In this document: positions 30,520 through 41,850 of the stretch, in pieces
Layout of the letters: every line of letters begins with the position of its first letter
Numbering within the stretch: the stretch's first letter is position 1
DNA from: Candidatus Hydrogenedentota bacterium
GTDB lineage: Bacteria > Hydrogenedentota > Hydrogenedentia > Hydrogenedentales > SLHB01
DNA length: 64,000 bases
Direction: 5' to 3'
Assembly (NCBI GenBank): GCA_963668025.2
Contig: CAXXTH010000010.1
Location: 672,001 to 736,000, forward strand
The notes under the pieces: generated by a model
What the model was told of the DNA's origin: nothing
What the model saw: the letters and a program-made list of their open reading frames with translations, nothing else
Database searches by the model: none
Made by a program: the position numbers and the translations under genes

Positions 30520-31635
30520 ATGAATCGAGCGGCGGCGGGCGGATGGCTGGCGGCATGTGCGCTGCTCAGTGTATCCGCATGGGCCGGGGACGCTTCGTTC
30601 GGCGAACTCACCGCGCGCGTGCAAGCGATTACGCCCACCCATGTGCTGGCGGCTGAACTCGCTCCGGGCGTGCTTCGCTTGGCGGGCTGCGATGCTGGGA
30701 CAGATGGTCCGCGCTCCGTGAAGCGAGCCGCGCCGTTCGAGGTGGCTATCTATTTGGAATTTTTGCCGGAATGTGAAGCGCCGTTCGAGCAGGAGTTGCT
30801 GGTATCTCTTGGTACAGCCGATATCGCCCGCATACCCCTGCGTTTTGACGCTGTTCAGCCAGGCGCCGTGGTGAAACAGACGCTGTCGCTCTACACGCCC
30901 CGGAATGCGCCGCTGGGAACCCAGCCATTGAAGGCTGGTTTGGTGCGAAAAGGCGCGCCTGGCGAAGCACGGCAATGTATGAGCCCGCGCATGGCCCCGT
31001 TGATGGAGCTGGATGTGCAATCCGCCGAGGCCGCTGAATCCATCCCAGATGCCAGCAAGGCGGTGTTGCTGGCCAGTGTGGATTCAAATGGGCGCGGTAT
31101 GCTTGCCAATGGCGGTTTTGAATCTGGTTTTCGCAATTGGTCCGTGGGGGAAGGCATTCAAGAGGGCATGTCGGGATGGAACCGCGTGCTTGGGCTTGCA
31201 CTCGATAACTCGGTGCGCCTTGCTGGGGAGTATTCGTTGCGTATTGATTTCTGCGGAGGGCAGGATGTGAATTTTTTCCATCTCACCCAAGACATCCCCG
31301 CGCAAGGCTCGTGTGAATATGTTGTGCGGTATTTTATCAAGACTCAAGACATCACTTCCCATGAAGGACCGGGTCTCGCCGTGCGCGATCCGGATCTGCC
31401 TATCACCCAATTCTACGCCGTGACCCCGAAGGCGATGCGCCTTACCGGCGTCCATGAGTGGACGCCGGTCGAGTTTTCGTTTCAAACACCCGCCCGCACC
31501 AAGCGCCTGCGCATTATTGTGCGCCGTGACGGCAGCGGCCCCGAAACCTATCTTCCAGCCCGCTTTGGTCCCATTGGCGGTTCGGCATGGTTCGACCAGA
31601 TTCAAGTCATCGAGCGGCAGCGGGCGGCGTCATGA
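30520..31635 (+). CDS. Secreted protein with C-terminal carbohydrate-binding (CBM4_9-like) domain
   Basis: GGAGGA RBS; signal peptide; NGGFE, GEYSLRI, EWTPV, AWFDQI. Confidence 0.7.
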   Translation: MNRAAAGGWLAACALLSVSAWAGDASFGELTARVQAITPTHVLAAELAPGVLRLAGCDAGTDGPRSVKRAAPFEVAIYLEFLPECEAPFEQELLVSLGTADIARIPLRFDAVQPGAVVKQTLSLYTPRNAPLGTQPLKAGLVRKGAPGEARQCMSPRMAPLMELDVQSAEAAESIPDASKAVLLASVDSNGRGMLANGGFESGFRNWSVGEGIQEGMSGWNRVLGLALDNSVRLAGEYSLRIDFCGGQDVNFFHLTQDIPAQGSCEYVVRYFIKTQDITSHEGPGLAVRDPDLPITQFYAVTPKAMRLTGVHEWTPVEFSFQTPARTKRLRIIVRRDGSGPETYLPARFGPIGGSAWFDQIQVIERQRAAS

Positions 31636-33194
31636 GTGAGATGCAAGCGCTGTCCGATGAACCGGCTGCCGGGCCTGGTTCCGCGCCAGGCAGGCAGCGA
31701 TTTTCCGTGTATCTGCCGTTAGGAATCGCGGTCGCCGTGGCGGGGGCTGCGATTGGCTTTGAACCCTTTATTACCATAGGACTCTTGGGCGGAATAACCG
31801 CCTTCTTGTTCTGCGCATCCGATAACCGCATGCGTTTTGCGTTATTCGCCTTGGCGGCTTATGCGCCCATTGAGGAGTTTGCTCTCAAATGGGCCCCTTC
31901 TGAGCTATTCTTCCCCATGCGTTTCGGCTTTTTTGTGTTCATAGGCGCCTGTGTCGCGTTCTTGTTCGCTTTTCGGCTCGCGGTGGGCCGCTTCAAATGG
32001 GTGCGTACGCCCATTGATACGCCGCTGGCTTGTTTTCTGTTTTTTTCGGCATTGTCATTCGTTCTCAATCACGCCGATCCACGAGGCGCGGTCATTTCCT
32101 ACCAGGCATTCTTGCGTGGCATTTTGCTGGTGTTTTATGTGGTCTTTTACATCCAATTTACGAAACGAGACGCCCGGGCGCTGCTCCAACTCGTTGTATT
32201 CATCGCCCTGGCCGAAGCCTTCATCGGCGTGGCCCAATCCGTAGTCGGCCCATCCGCGAATGTATTCCTTGCCCCTGTAGGCGGCGAGTTTGGCGAGTAC
32301 ACTGTCGGCCGTATGACGCAATACATGTATACGAGTGGATTCCAAGTGTTCGCCACCATGGGCCGCTACAACGTGCTCGCATCCTATCTCTCGTTCGCCA
32401 TCCTTCTCACGATACCTTTCTTCAAACACTATCCCCGTCAACGCGGGATACTCGCCTTTTTTTATTTGATCGCAGGCGCGTGCCTGGCGCTCACCGCCGC
32501 GCGGGGGCCATGGCTTGGATTCGCGGCAGGCCTTTGGACACTCTATGCCATGCGCAAAGACTGGCGCGCGTTTGTATTGCCGTTATTGGGGTGTTTGGGC
32601 GTCATCTACCTTTTTTTGATGTTTCAGGATCAGCTCCAATACATCGGCACGGATAACGCCTCGCCGCTGCAACGCGTACTCGAGCTGTTCACCACGAAGT
32701 ACGTCAAAGTGCATACCTCCAACTTTGGACGCTTGTATTTCATTTTCATATTCCCATTCGAAGTGCTGCGGAATAATCCGCTGCATTTCTGTTTTGGTTT
32801 CGGGCCCGGCATGCTGGGGGATAGGGCCATCGCCATTCTGGATGTGAATGTGCTCAGTGCTTTCGGGATGAGCAATTATGAAGCTCCCCAAGTGGCGGAT
32901 GTGAACTGGGTGTATATTTTTGCTCAGGCGGGTTTTTTCGCCTTGCTGGCCGCGTTGTGGATGTATTGGCGCGTGGTGCGCGCCGCGTACCGCATTTATC
33001 AACGCTCGGATGACCTATTTTTAAAGTGCCTGGCGCAAGGTTTTTTGTGCGCCTTGGTGCAGCACCTCGTGTCGGCCTGTTTCACGGCCGTTCTTGAGAT
33101 TCGGCCTCTCGCGCTCACCATGTGGCTGGTTGCCGCCGTAGTGCTCAAGCTGGGGTACAAGCACATTACGAAGCAACAAGAGGCGGCTCCATGA
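31632..33194 (+). CDS. O-antigen ligase / Wzy-type polymerase family membrane protein
   Basis: Multiple TM helices; TAARGPW; FGFGPG loop; ATGA overlaps on both sides. Confidence 0.78.
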   Translation: MSEMQALSDEPAAGPGSAPGRQRFSVYLPLGIAVAVAGAAIGFEPFITIGLLGGITAFLFCASDNRMRFALFALAAYAPIEEFALKWAPSELFFPMRFGFFVFIGACVAFLFAFRLAVGRFKWVRTPIDTPLACFLFFSALSFVLNHADPRGAVISYQAFLRGILLVFYVVFYIQFTKRDARALLQLVVFIALAEAFIGVAQSVVGPSANVFLAPVGGEFGEYTVGRMTQYMYTSGFQVFATMGRYNVLASYLSFAILLTIPFFKHYPRQRGILAFFYLIAGACLALTAARGPWLGFAAGLWTLYAMRKDWRAFVLPLLGCLGVIYLFLMFQDQLQYIGTDNASPLQRVLELFTTKYVKVHTSNFGRLYFIFIFPFEVLRNNPLHFCFGFGPGMLGDRAIAILDVNVLSAFGMSNYEAPQVADVNWVYIFAQAGFFALLAALWMYWRVVRAAYRIYQRSDDLFLKCLAQGFLCALVQHLVSACFTAVLEIRPLALTMWLVAAVVLKLGYKHITKQQEAAP

Positions 33195-34648
33195 AGGCCC
33201 GCCACGCCGCCACCAGCGTCATGCTTCTGTTCGCCGCCAGCACGGTGGCGCGAGTGTCTTTTGCATTTATTGGCATCTGGATTGCCCCCTATTTAGGGCC
33301 GAAAGACGCGGGCGTGTTCTTCATTGCTTTGGCCTTCACGAACATGTTCGCCGTCATACCTGATTTTGGCGTGAGCCCTCTCGTGGTGCGGGAAGGAGCG
33401 CGTGATCCCTCGGGGACGCCGCGCTATTTTGGCGCGGGCCTTGCTTTCTACGCCGTATCCGCCACGGTGGTCTACGGCGTGATGCTCGTAAGCGCGCGGC
33501 TAATCGGATACGACGGGCTTGTGCTTCAAATCGTGGCCATCATGAGCCTGGTGATCATCGGAAAGGCGGGCGAACAAGTGGCCACAACCGTTCTTCAGCT
33601 TCGCGAAAAACTGCATATCACGGCATGCGTGCAATTCATCACGGCAATAGGCGCGCTTTTTTTGGTCTATCGCGCTATGCACCGGGGCGCTGGGGTTGTG
33701 GATATCACCTGGGCGATACTAGTGGCGGGCGCTGTAAGCGTCATCGCTTTGCTGGCCATCGCGGTAATGTTATGCCGGCCCAAATTCGATCTCGCCACTA
33801 TCCGCTATATGTTGCCTGAATCTTGGCCTTTCGGCGCGGCGGCCATGCTGGTGACCATTTACTTATGGGCGGGCGTTGTCATTCTTTCACGCATATGCTC
33901 GGAGGCCGATGTGGGCCAATACTCCGCGGCATTTAGACTCAACACGATGCTGTATCTATTGCCTACAGTTTTATTGAACCAAGTGTTGGCTCCTCCTATG
34001 TTTGCCTGGGCTAAAACGGACACGGTGCGCCTCGGCAATTTATACCGAGTCCTTTCGCGGCATTTGCTCATGACGGGCTTGGGAGCGGGAGCCGCGCTAT
34101 TTGTCTTGCGCGAGCCGGTGATCCACTTGGTGTACGGTTCGGCCTTCGCTCCGGCGGCGGGCGTGCTTGCCATATTATGCTGGGTGCTCCCTGTGCGTTT
34201 TCTGGCCACCAGCACGAGCGCCATACTCACCGTCACGGACCAAATGCGGATGAAGAATGTATATCAGCTTTGGGTGGCGCTGCTGTTGATCCTATCCAGC
34301 CTGATTCTTATTCCGTTATACGGTTATATGGGCCTTGCCGCCGCCGTGGCTATAACGGAAACGGCCTTGCTCGCCAGTTATTGGGTGGGGGCGGGCAAAC
34401 GCTTTTATCTGCTGCGTCCGTTCCATGACCTTAGAATAGTCCACGTGAGCGCGGCGGCGTTCCTGATGGTTCTGGTGCTGATGGCTTTACGCGGCCATGT
34501 TCCCCTCGCCATTACCATTTTTGCGGGAGGGCTGGCTTACCTGGCGGCGCTATTCGCGGTGCGTTATTTCGATCAAGGCGATTACGACTTGGTGCGTGCG
34601 ATCATATCGGTCCGCCGCAAACGCGGCGCCACGGAAACAGAAGCCTAA
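33191..34648 (+). CDS. Wzx-type polysaccharide flippase
   Basis: YLGPKDAG, DFGV, SWPF, VGQYSAAFR, LIPLYGYMG; about 12-14 TM helices. Confidence 0.85.
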   Translation: MKARHAATSVMLLFAASTVARVSFAFIGIWIAPYLGPKDAGVFFIALAFTNMFAVIPDFGVSPLVVREGARDPSGTPRYFGAGLAFYAVSATVVYGVMLVSARLIGYDGLVLQIVAIMSLVIIGKAGEQVATTVLQLREKLHITACVQFITAIGALFLVYRAMHRGAGVVDITWAILVAGAVSVIALLAIAVMLCRPKFDLATIRYMLPESWPFGAAAMLVTIYLWAGVVILSRICSEADVGQYSAAFRLNTMLYLLPTVLLNQVLAPPMFAWAKTDTVRLGNLYRVLSRHLLMTGLGAGAALFVLREPVIHLVYGSAFAPAAGVLAILCWVLPVRFLATSTSAILTVTDQMRMKNVYQLWVALLLILSSLILIPLYGYMGLAAAVAITETALLASYWVGAGKRFYLLRPFHDLRIVHVSAAAFLMVLVLMALRGHVPLAITIFAGGLAYLAALFAVRYFDQGDYDLVRAIISVRRKRGATETEA

Positions 34649-34678
34649 CGCACTTCCAACAACGAATTCACCCGTATA

Positions 34679-36055
34679 TCAGTTCGATTGGCTGCCGGCC
34701 TCGGAAGGCTCGAGGCGCGCATGGAGCATCTGGATGACGGCCGTGAGCTGGCGCGCGTCCTCACGCCTTTGTTGAAGGCGTTCATACATACGGGCGGCTT
34801 CGGCTTCTTTTGCTTCTTGCCGCGTGCGATACCGCTTGCGCACGGCTTCCAATTCGGCCCGATGCTCGCGGCCCATGGCGCTTAGCGCGGCCCGGGCTTC
34901 TTGAAGGAGGTCGTACAGGCGCTGGTTATCCTCGCGTTTTTCCTGAAGCATGGCGTAAATGCGGCGTGCGTCTTCTTCTTTCCCTTTAAACGCGCGGCGG
35001 GATTCATCCAATTTTGTTTGTGATTCCGCTTTGATGGAATCTATTTGCCCGCGCAATTCCTGCACCATTTCATATAAGCGCTGATTGTCAGCCCGCTTCT
35101 CCTCTAATTGCTGGTACAAGTCTTTTGCATCTTGCTCTTTGGCGGTCAACCGCAGATGCAATTCTTTGGCGTCTTGCTCTTTTGCAGCCAGCCGCTGGTG
35201 GAGGTCTTTGGCGTCTTGTTCCTTAGCTTTAAACTTAGCATAGCTATCTTCCGAATCGGCCTTTGATTGCAGATAGCGTTCCGTGAGCATGCCCGTAAGA
35301 TGGTTTAGATCATGGATGATATCTGCTTGGGTATATAGCGTTCCCGTAGGGTGTTGCTCATCTGACAAGGCATCCAGCGAGGCCAATCCAGGCAGGCGGC
35401 CCAGCAAGGAGGGATACCCCTCATAGTCCGGTTTGGCGGCGATGCAGACAATCTCTTTAAATACGGGGCGGCTGAAGGGGAAAATGGATTTATATCCATG
35501 TTCAGGCCTGTAGTGGTGCTGCTCTGGAGGAGAGGTTATCGGGTGGATGGCGAAGTGGCTGGTGTCCGCCACATCCCCCCGCCCGGCAATCGTGCGGCGC
35601 TGCACGCCGAGGCTGTCCAGTATTTGCACGAGATGATGCGAGGCGAGGTGGAACCGGTGGATCTTCCAATCGGACCAGTAGAATTTGAGCCCCAAACCCG
35701 CTAGATACTCGTCGGCGTCATACCATGGGCCCTGGATATAGACAAAATGCCGGGCCACTCTGACGGCGCTGGCGATGGTTTTCGTTACACTCTCGAATGT
35801 ATGCAAGTGCTCGAGCACATGGCTGATGACGACAAAATCCACGCATTTATCAGGCAGCTCCAGCGCCGTGATATCGCCAAGGAGGCAATCGTATCCTTGG
35901 CGCTGCGCCTTCTCGATTTTCTTCCGATCGAAATCAATGCCTAGCCCCCGTTTGCCGCCAAGATATTCTTTGGCGAATTTCATGGAGTCGCCTTGCGATG
36001 AGCCGAAATCGAGAAAATCAAAAGCCGATAAATCAATATCCGCCAGCGTTTTCAT
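34679..36055 (-). CDS. Class I SAM-dependent methyltransferase with long C-terminal coiled coil
   Basis: LDFGSSQG, GID, SHVLEHL; C-terminal 14-aa repeats KEQDAKDL. Confidence 0.8.
   Translation of the reverse strand: MKTLADIDLSAFDFLDFGSSQGDSMKFAKEYLGGKRGLGIDFDRKKIEKAQRQGYDCLLGDITALELPDKCVDFVVISHVLEHLHTFESVTKTIASAVRVARHFVYIQGPWYDADEYLAGLGLKFYWSDWKIHRFHLASHHLVQILDSLGVQRRTIAGRGDVADTSHFAIHPITSPPEQHHYRPEHGYKSIFPFSRPVFKEIVCIAAKPDYEGYPSLLGRLPGLASLDALSDEQHPTGTLYTQADIIHDLNHLTGMLTERYLQSKADSEDSYAKFKAKEQDAKDLHQRLAAKEQDAKELHLRLTAKEQDAKDLYQQLEEKRADNQRLYEMVQELRGQIDSIKAESQTKLDESRRAFKGKEEDARRIYAMLQEKREDNQRLYDLLQEARAALSAMGREHRAELEAVRKRYRTRQEAKEAEAARMYERLQQRREDARQLTAVIQMLHARLEPSEAGSQSN
35100..35226 (-). repeat. 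42-bp in-frame tandem repeat (three close copies, further degenerate copies nearby)
   Basis: KEQDAKDLHQRLAA / KEQDAKELHLRLTA / KEQDAKDLYQQLEE. Confidence 0.8.
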
Positions 36056-36443
36056 ATAAGCGCCGCCTTTCCTCATGCCTTTCCATTCGTATCAAGCGTT
36101 TGATTCATCCTACCTGAGCGCCGCGTGGGAGTCCAGTCGAGCCATGTTCCCGAATATAAAGCGCGGCGTGGAAACAGCACAAAACCTTCGGCGAAATCCC
36201 GGTATGGAGCGTCATAGTCCTGTTTGCCTTTTGGATGAACACACGGGCGTCGGCGTTGCCCAAGACCCGATGGAATGGTATAGCGCTGGACATACTACAA
36301 AGTTATATTTCACGCGAAGCCGCGAAGCCGCAAAGAATACAAAGTTCAACATGCGGCATAACCGCAATATCGAGCTGGATTTTAGGGCCGCTTCATACGC
36401 GGGCAAGGGTATTGCCTACGCGAAAACTTCTTATTTTTCCTTG

Positions 36444-37044
<601 letters not shown>

Positions 37045-37118
37045 CAGAAGCTGGCGCTTAAGGCGCTCATTTTCTTTTCCGGCTTTTACTTCGCTTCCGC
37101 TATGCGCATAATAAGCGG

Positions 37119-38114
37119 ATGCGAATTGGAACTATCGAGATTGGCGGCGTGGGGGGGAAGCCCTTGGCGTTGGCCCCCATGGATGATGTGACGGATATGC
37201 CGTTCCGCCTGTTGTGCAAGGCCCATGGGGCGGACTTGCTGTATACGGAGTTTATCCAGAGCGAGCTGCTTATTCATGGCGGCAAACGCCCCACGAAACG
37301 CTTGGAGTTCGACGAGGCGGAGCGCCCCATCGGCATTCAGTTGTATGGCAGCGCCCAGAACGCTTTACAGCAGGCCGTGGGCATCGTCGAGGCGGTCCGG
37401 CCCGATTTTATCGACATCAACTGCGGCTGCTGGGCGAAGAAGATCGCGGGGCGGGGCGATGGCGCGGGGCTGTTACGCGATCTACGGCGTTTCGAGTCCG
37501 TGGTGCGTACGGTAATCGATGCGGCCCATGCGCCCGTCACGGTCAAGACGCGCCTCGGGTGGGATGATTCGAGCATTGTCATCCTCGATGCGGCGCGGCT
37601 CGTCGAGCAATGCGGGGCGCAGGCCCTTACGGTCCATTGCCGAACGCGCGAGCAAGGTTATTCCGGGCGCGCCGACTGGTTGTGGCTTGAACGCATCAAA
37701 CAGGTGATCGGCATTCCTCTCATCGGCAACGGCGACCTTGAAACGCCTGAGGATGTGAAGCGCATGTTCGAGACGGGATGCGACGGCGCGATGATTGGCC
37801 GGGGGGCTATCTGCAATCCGTGGATATTCGAGCAGGCCAAGTACTACCTCGAAACCGGCGAACACCTGCCGCCGCCCAGCCCCCAGGAACGCATCGGGGA
37901 ATGCCTTCGATTCCTGGAAGCCAATTGCCGGTATAAAGGCGAGGCGTGGGGCGTGCTCGAGTTCCGTAAATATTACTCGGGCTTATTGCGCGGCCTGCCG
38001 GGCCTCGACGCCTTGCGCGCGGAGTTGATGCGTCTGGACGAACTGGAAATGGTGCAGGAGCGGCTGATGCGTGAAGCGCACGCGCTGGCTCCTACCCCAG
38101 CTCGAATGTCGTGA
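37119..38114 (+). CDS. dusB: tRNA-dihydrouridine synthase
   Basis: LAPM, IDINCGC, VTVKTRLGW, VHCRT, IGNGD, MIGRGA..NPWIF. Confidence 0.9.
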   Translation: MRIGTIEIGGVGGKPLALAPMDDVTDMPFRLLCKAHGADLLYTEFIQSELLIHGGKRPTKRLEFDEAERPIGIQLYGSAQNALQQAVGIVEAVRPDFIDINCGCWAKKIAGRGDGAGLLRDLRRFESVVRTVIDAAHAPVTVKTRLGWDDSSIVILDAARLVEQCGAQALTVHCRTREQGYSGRADWLWLERIKQVIGIPLIGNGDLETPEDVKRMFETGCDGAMIGRGAICNPWIFEQAKYYLETGEHLPPPSPQERIGECLRFLEANCRYKGEAWGVLEFRKYYSGLLRGLPGLDALRAELMRLDELEMVQERLMREAHALAPTPARMS

Positions 38115-38940
38115 CGCCGAAGATCTCCTGTAATGGCAGTTCCGGCGCGCCGTGGGTGTACATGCGGGCGGTTTCGAATACGGTGCGCATGCCGTACCGA
38201 TGGGCCAATGCAACGGCTTCACGGTTCACCTCTGGCACATCCAGGTAGACGGGTTCGCCGGGCGCGTGAGAAGCGAGGGCTTGGTAGAGCGTCTCCGCTT
38301 CTTCGGGGCCATCGGCGAATAGAGGGCCGATTTTGAATCCTTTCACGCAGGGCCGCAATACGCCATAACCGCGAAGGCGGCCATCGCGCATGATGCCCAA
38401 GGCGGCGCCTTGCGGCTGGCTTACCCATAATCGCAGGAATCGCTCCCGCTGCGCGGGGAAGTGTCGTGTGTCGTAGGCCAGGATTTCCTCGAAAGGAAGC
38501 GCCGTGAGGGAAACGGCATCCGCAGGCTTGCTGCCTCCGCCGATGGCCTCGAAGCGGATGTTGCGGTAAGCCATTTGAAATCCGAGGCGTTTGTAATTTT
38601 CTTGCCGTTCAAGGACGCCGTCAATGCCCACATTCCGGCCTGCCAAGTATCTAGAGGAACGCCGCCAGAGGGACACACCGATGCCGGATTGCCGGTATTC
38701 AGGCACGACGATATAGAGCCCGCCGAAGCCAAAAGAATCGCCATACGCGACCGCGCTGGCGGAGCCCACTGGCTGGCTGTCGCATTCGGCGAGGAAGAAT
38801 CCGTTTGGGTCGGTGTCGTAAAAGATGGCGGCGTCGTTGACGCCAGGATTCCAGCCTTCGGCGGCGGCCCACGAAACCGCGAGCGCCGCTTCTTCGCGCG
38901 TCATGTGGCGCAGGTGCAATCGTGATTCATTCTGGCTCAT
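38092..38940 (-). CDS. Tandem GNAT N-acetyltransferase (YitH-like)
   Basis: EGWNPG, YIVVPEYRQSGIG, KIGPLFAD, FETARMY. Confidence 0.88.
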   Translation of the reverse strand: MSQNESRLHLRHMTREEAALAVSWAAAEGWNPGVNDAAIFYDTDPNGFFLAECDSQPVGSASAVAYGDSFGFGGLYIVVPEYRQSGIGVSLWRRSSRYLAGRNVGIDGVLERQENYKRLGFQMAYRNIRFEAIGGGSKPADAVSLTALPFEEILAYDTRHFPAQRERFLRLWVSQPQGAALGIMRDGRLRGYGVLRPCVKGFKIGPLFADGPEEAETLYQALASHAPGEPVYLDVPEVNREAVALAHRYGMRTVFETARMYTHGAPELPLQEIFGVTTFELG

Positions 38941-38985
38941 ATGCGCCCCCTGCGAATGTAATGGCTCCGGCGGTATCTTAATGGA

Positions 38986-40026
38986 TTATCGCTGCAAGGC
39001 GATAACCAGCCGTTCCGCACATTGCCGCCATGTGTGTTGTCCCGCGATTTGGCGTCCAGATTTGGTGCGGTGTTCGCGCTGTTCGGCGCTTTCCGATATA
39101 GCGTGCAGAGTAAGGGCGGATAAGGCGGACTCGCTTAATGGGTCGCAATAGAAGGGCGCGCTGCGGGCCATCTCAGGGATGGCGCCGGTTTTGCCGGTTA
39201 AGATGCGTGCGCCGCAATGGAGAGCCTCGATGACGGTCATGCCGGAAGGGTCGGCCACAGCCGGATAGAGTACGAGGTCTGCGTAGCGGTATAAGCCTGG
39301 AAGCTGTTCCGCGGGGCAATGGCTGAGCCGGATAATCCGCTCCGTGATGGAGGCTGGCGCTTCTTCTTCGGTTTCTCCCAAGAGCACAAGGGTATGCGGT
39401 ATATCCCGGCTTATACGCTCGAAGGCGCGTATTTGCATGCTTGCCCTGTTTCGCATCTGGCCCTGGCATAAGGCCAGCAGATAAGGCTCCTCGACCATAT
39501 GCGGCGGCGGCTCGAGCTGGCAGATATGGCCGACGCCAGGCCCGGCCACGACAATGCGGTCGAGGGGCATGCCCAGGCCATTCAGGAGGCGCTTGCGGGC
39601 GTATTCAGAGGCGGCTACCATGACGGAAGCTTTTTCTGCCACGCGTTTGAGATCCTTGATGCGGCATTCGCTCCACAAGAGGGAATCTTCACCCGATTCG
39701 TCTAGCGGCCCAAGGCTCACGATAAAAGGCACGATGGGCGATGGGCAACGGATGGGCGCGGTAGCGGCTGGACTGAGCAGGCGGTCCACGGCGGCTGAGG
39801 TGATAACGCGGCGGAACAGGGACTCCGAGCTGGTGAAACGGGATTCGCTCGGGTTCACGCAGATGCGTTCCCAGCCATCGTAGGAGTCATGGTTTTGGGG
39901 GTCTGTAAAGAAGATGAATTCCCAATCGGGTTTGGCTTCGCGCAAGGCGCGCATGGCCTCCCGCAAATAGGTGTCTTCTTCTCCGCCGCCTGGCGTCAGA
40001 TGAATGGTGTTCACTCCTATGCGCAT
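38986..40026 (-). CDS. GT-B glycosyltransferase, GT4-like
   Basis: MRIGVN..GGEE; LYRYADLVLYP...GMTVIEA...IPE; TWRQCA. Confidence 0.8.
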   Translation of the reverse strand: MRIGVNTIHLTPGGGEEDTYLREAMRALREAKPDWEFIFFTDPQNHDSYDGWERICVNPSESRFTSSESLFRRVITSAAVDRLLSPAATAPIRCPSPIVPFIVSLGPLDESGEDSLLWSECRIKDLKRVAEKASVMVAASEYARKRLLNGLGMPLDRIVVAGPGVGHICQLEPPPHMVEEPYLLALCQGQMRNRASMQIRAFERISRDIPHTLVLLGETEEEAPASITERIIRLSHCPAEQLPGLYRYADLVLYPAVADPSGMTVIEALHCGARILTGKTGAIPEMARSAPFYCDPLSESALSALTLHAISESAEQREHRTKSGRQIAGQHTWRQCAERLVIALQR

Positions 40027-40056
40027 GGAGATGTCATATCCTTTGGAGGGTTGTGT

Positions 40057-40440
40057 TTATTCGATGTAGCCGAGATCGGATAACCGTTTACGAATAAGCT
40101 CTTCTTCTTCCGGCGTGGCGGTGTGGGCCTCGAGCGAAACAAGCCCCTCAGCGGCCAAGTCGTCCAGGATTTTCTCGGCGGCGAATTCCGGCGTATCGTG
40201 GGCGTCGATAGTAAAGGCTAGGCAATCGCAATCCACTTGCATGCAGCCACAGGTTACGACGACTAACGCGCCCTGGTCCGCCAATTGCCGGCAGATAAAG
40301 CCGCTGGCGGAACCGAGCCGAAAACCTTCTTCATTGCCGATACGTTCGACTTGGCGGCCTAGTTCGGTCAATCGTGTAATAAGCGCACGGGTGGTTTCTT
40401 CAACGTGTGCGCCGCGCAGGCGTATGGCTTTGCCTTGCAT
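40057..40440 (-). CDS. Shortened adenylyl-sulfate kinase (CysC)-like protein lacking the P-loop
   Basis: Pattern G.AI.L.G...TTRAL..RL...G..VE....GFIC..L...G..VV and TPEFAAEKIL resembles CysC; Walker A is replaced by GAHVEETT; tail EEEELIRKRLSDLGYIE; downstream of sat. Confidence 0.55.
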   Translation of the reverse strand: MQGKAIRLRGAHVEETTRALITRLTELGRQVERIGNEEGFRLGSASGFICRQLADQGALVVVTCGCMQVDCDCLAFTIDAHDTPEFAAEKILDDLAAEGLVSLEAHTATPEEEELIRKRLSDLGYIE

Positions 40441-40453
40441 GTTCACTTTTCCT

Positions 40454-41833
40454 CTACCGAATGATGTGTCCGCCCATGCCTTCTGGAATCGCGACGCCAC
40501 AGGCGTTCAACACCGTGGGGGCTACATCCATCAGTTGCAGGCCATTTTTTTCACCCCGTGGGGCATCCGCGCCCGATAGGATGAATATGCCGTCATAATC
40601 ATGGTTGGCGTCGTCAGGGCCGGTATCGTTCTCTTTAGCATATAGGGCCTCCGAACCGCCCACCTCGCCCACGGAACGCCAATCCAGATCGCCGAAATAC
40701 ACGAATAAGTCTGGAGCCACGCCGTTCACGGTGCGATAGAGTTCTTGCGGCTTGAGGGCGCGGTTGCCCAGCAGCTTGCCATCGGGGCCCGGCATGGCCT
40801 CAATGCGTGCGGCGAGTTCATCGCGAAAGGCTTCATACTCTTGTACGGCTATGACGCCTTCCGGCTCCCGGCCTTGCACATTCAAAAACACGCGCCCGTA
40901 ATACCCGCCGCTGGCCCATGCTTTCGTGCGCGGCCAATCCACCGTACAATCCTCGAAACGCTTGGGCTCCTTCAAATCATCCTGGACCGCGAGCAGGCCT
41001 TCTTGGATAAGCCACTGGTTGATACGCACGCCGCCATACATGGATTTCGCGCCATGGTCCGATACGATGAGCACGTCCGTATTCCCGCCAGCAAGGTCCA
41101 CCAGCTCGCCGATGCGCTGGTCCACCGCTTGGTAATAGTCTCGAAGGACGTTCTGGTAGGGATTTCCGGGCTCATGGCGTGGATGGGCCGGATCTCCATA
41201 TTTCCAAAACCCGTGGTGGAGCCGGTCCACGCCCATCTCGACCATCATGAAGAAATCCCATGGCTTTGACGCCATTAGATGGCGCGCCACGGCGAATCGA
41301 TTTTCCATAAGGTCATAAATGCGCTGGAGAAGGCCGTCTTTATCTTTCGTGCGGAAATCTTTTACATCAATGATGTATCCGCCGCATTCTGATTCCAGTT
41401 CCGCCTTGAGATTGCGGGGATAGGTGTATTCCGAGTTGGTGTCTGGCGCGAGAAAGCCTGACACCAGCCAGCCATTCACCGGTTTGACCGGATAGGTTTG
41501 GGGGACGCCGAGAACCACGACTTTTTTGCCCGCGCGGGAGAGAATGTCCCACACGCGGGGAACCGTGATGGCGGAGGCGTTTGCGGTAAACATGCCATCA
41601 TAGGAATGATCGCGGCGGTTGCGAAAGCCGTAGATGCCTAGCTCGCCCGGATCGCGGCCCGACATCATGCATGCCCATGCGGGCACGGTGATGGGCGGAT
41701 CGCAGCTTCGCAGCCGCCCCCAACAGCCCCCATCCATCAGGGCGCGCAGCCGGGGCATGGGAAAAGCTTCCGGTCCGAACACCCATCGCGGGGCGGCGCA
41801 GTCGAGTCCGATTACCAACACGCGGCGGTTCAT
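40454..41833 (-). CDS. Alkaline phosphatase superfamily (nucleotide pyrophosphatase/phosphodiesterase-like) protein
   Basis: VIGLDCA, PPITVPAW, DRLHH, VSDHG, DDANH, MDVAPT. Confidence 0.88.
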   Translation of the reverse strand: MNRRVLVIGLDCAAPRWVFGPEAFPMPRLRALMDGGCWGRLRSCDPPITVPAWACMMSGRDPGELGIYGFRNRRDHSYDGMFTANASAITVPRVWDILSRAGKKVVVLGVPQTYPVKPVNGWLVSGFLAPDTNSEYTYPRNLKAELESECGGYIIDVKDFRTKDKDGLLQRIYDLMENRFAVARHLMASKPWDFFMMVEMGVDRLHHGFWKYGDPAHPRHEPGNPYQNVLRDYYQAVDQRIGELVDLAGGNTDVLIVSDHGAKSMYGGVRINQWLIQEGLLAVQDDLKEPKRFEDCTVDWPRTKAWASGGYYGRVFLNVQGREPEGVIAVQEYEAFRDELAARIEAMPGPDGKLLGNRALKPQELYRTVNGVAPDLFVYFGDLDWRSVGEVGGSEALYAKENDTGPDDANHDYDGIFILSGADAPRGEKNGLQLMDVAPTVLNACGVAIPEGMGGHIIR

Positions 41834-41850
41834 GGTAAAACGCCCCTGGC

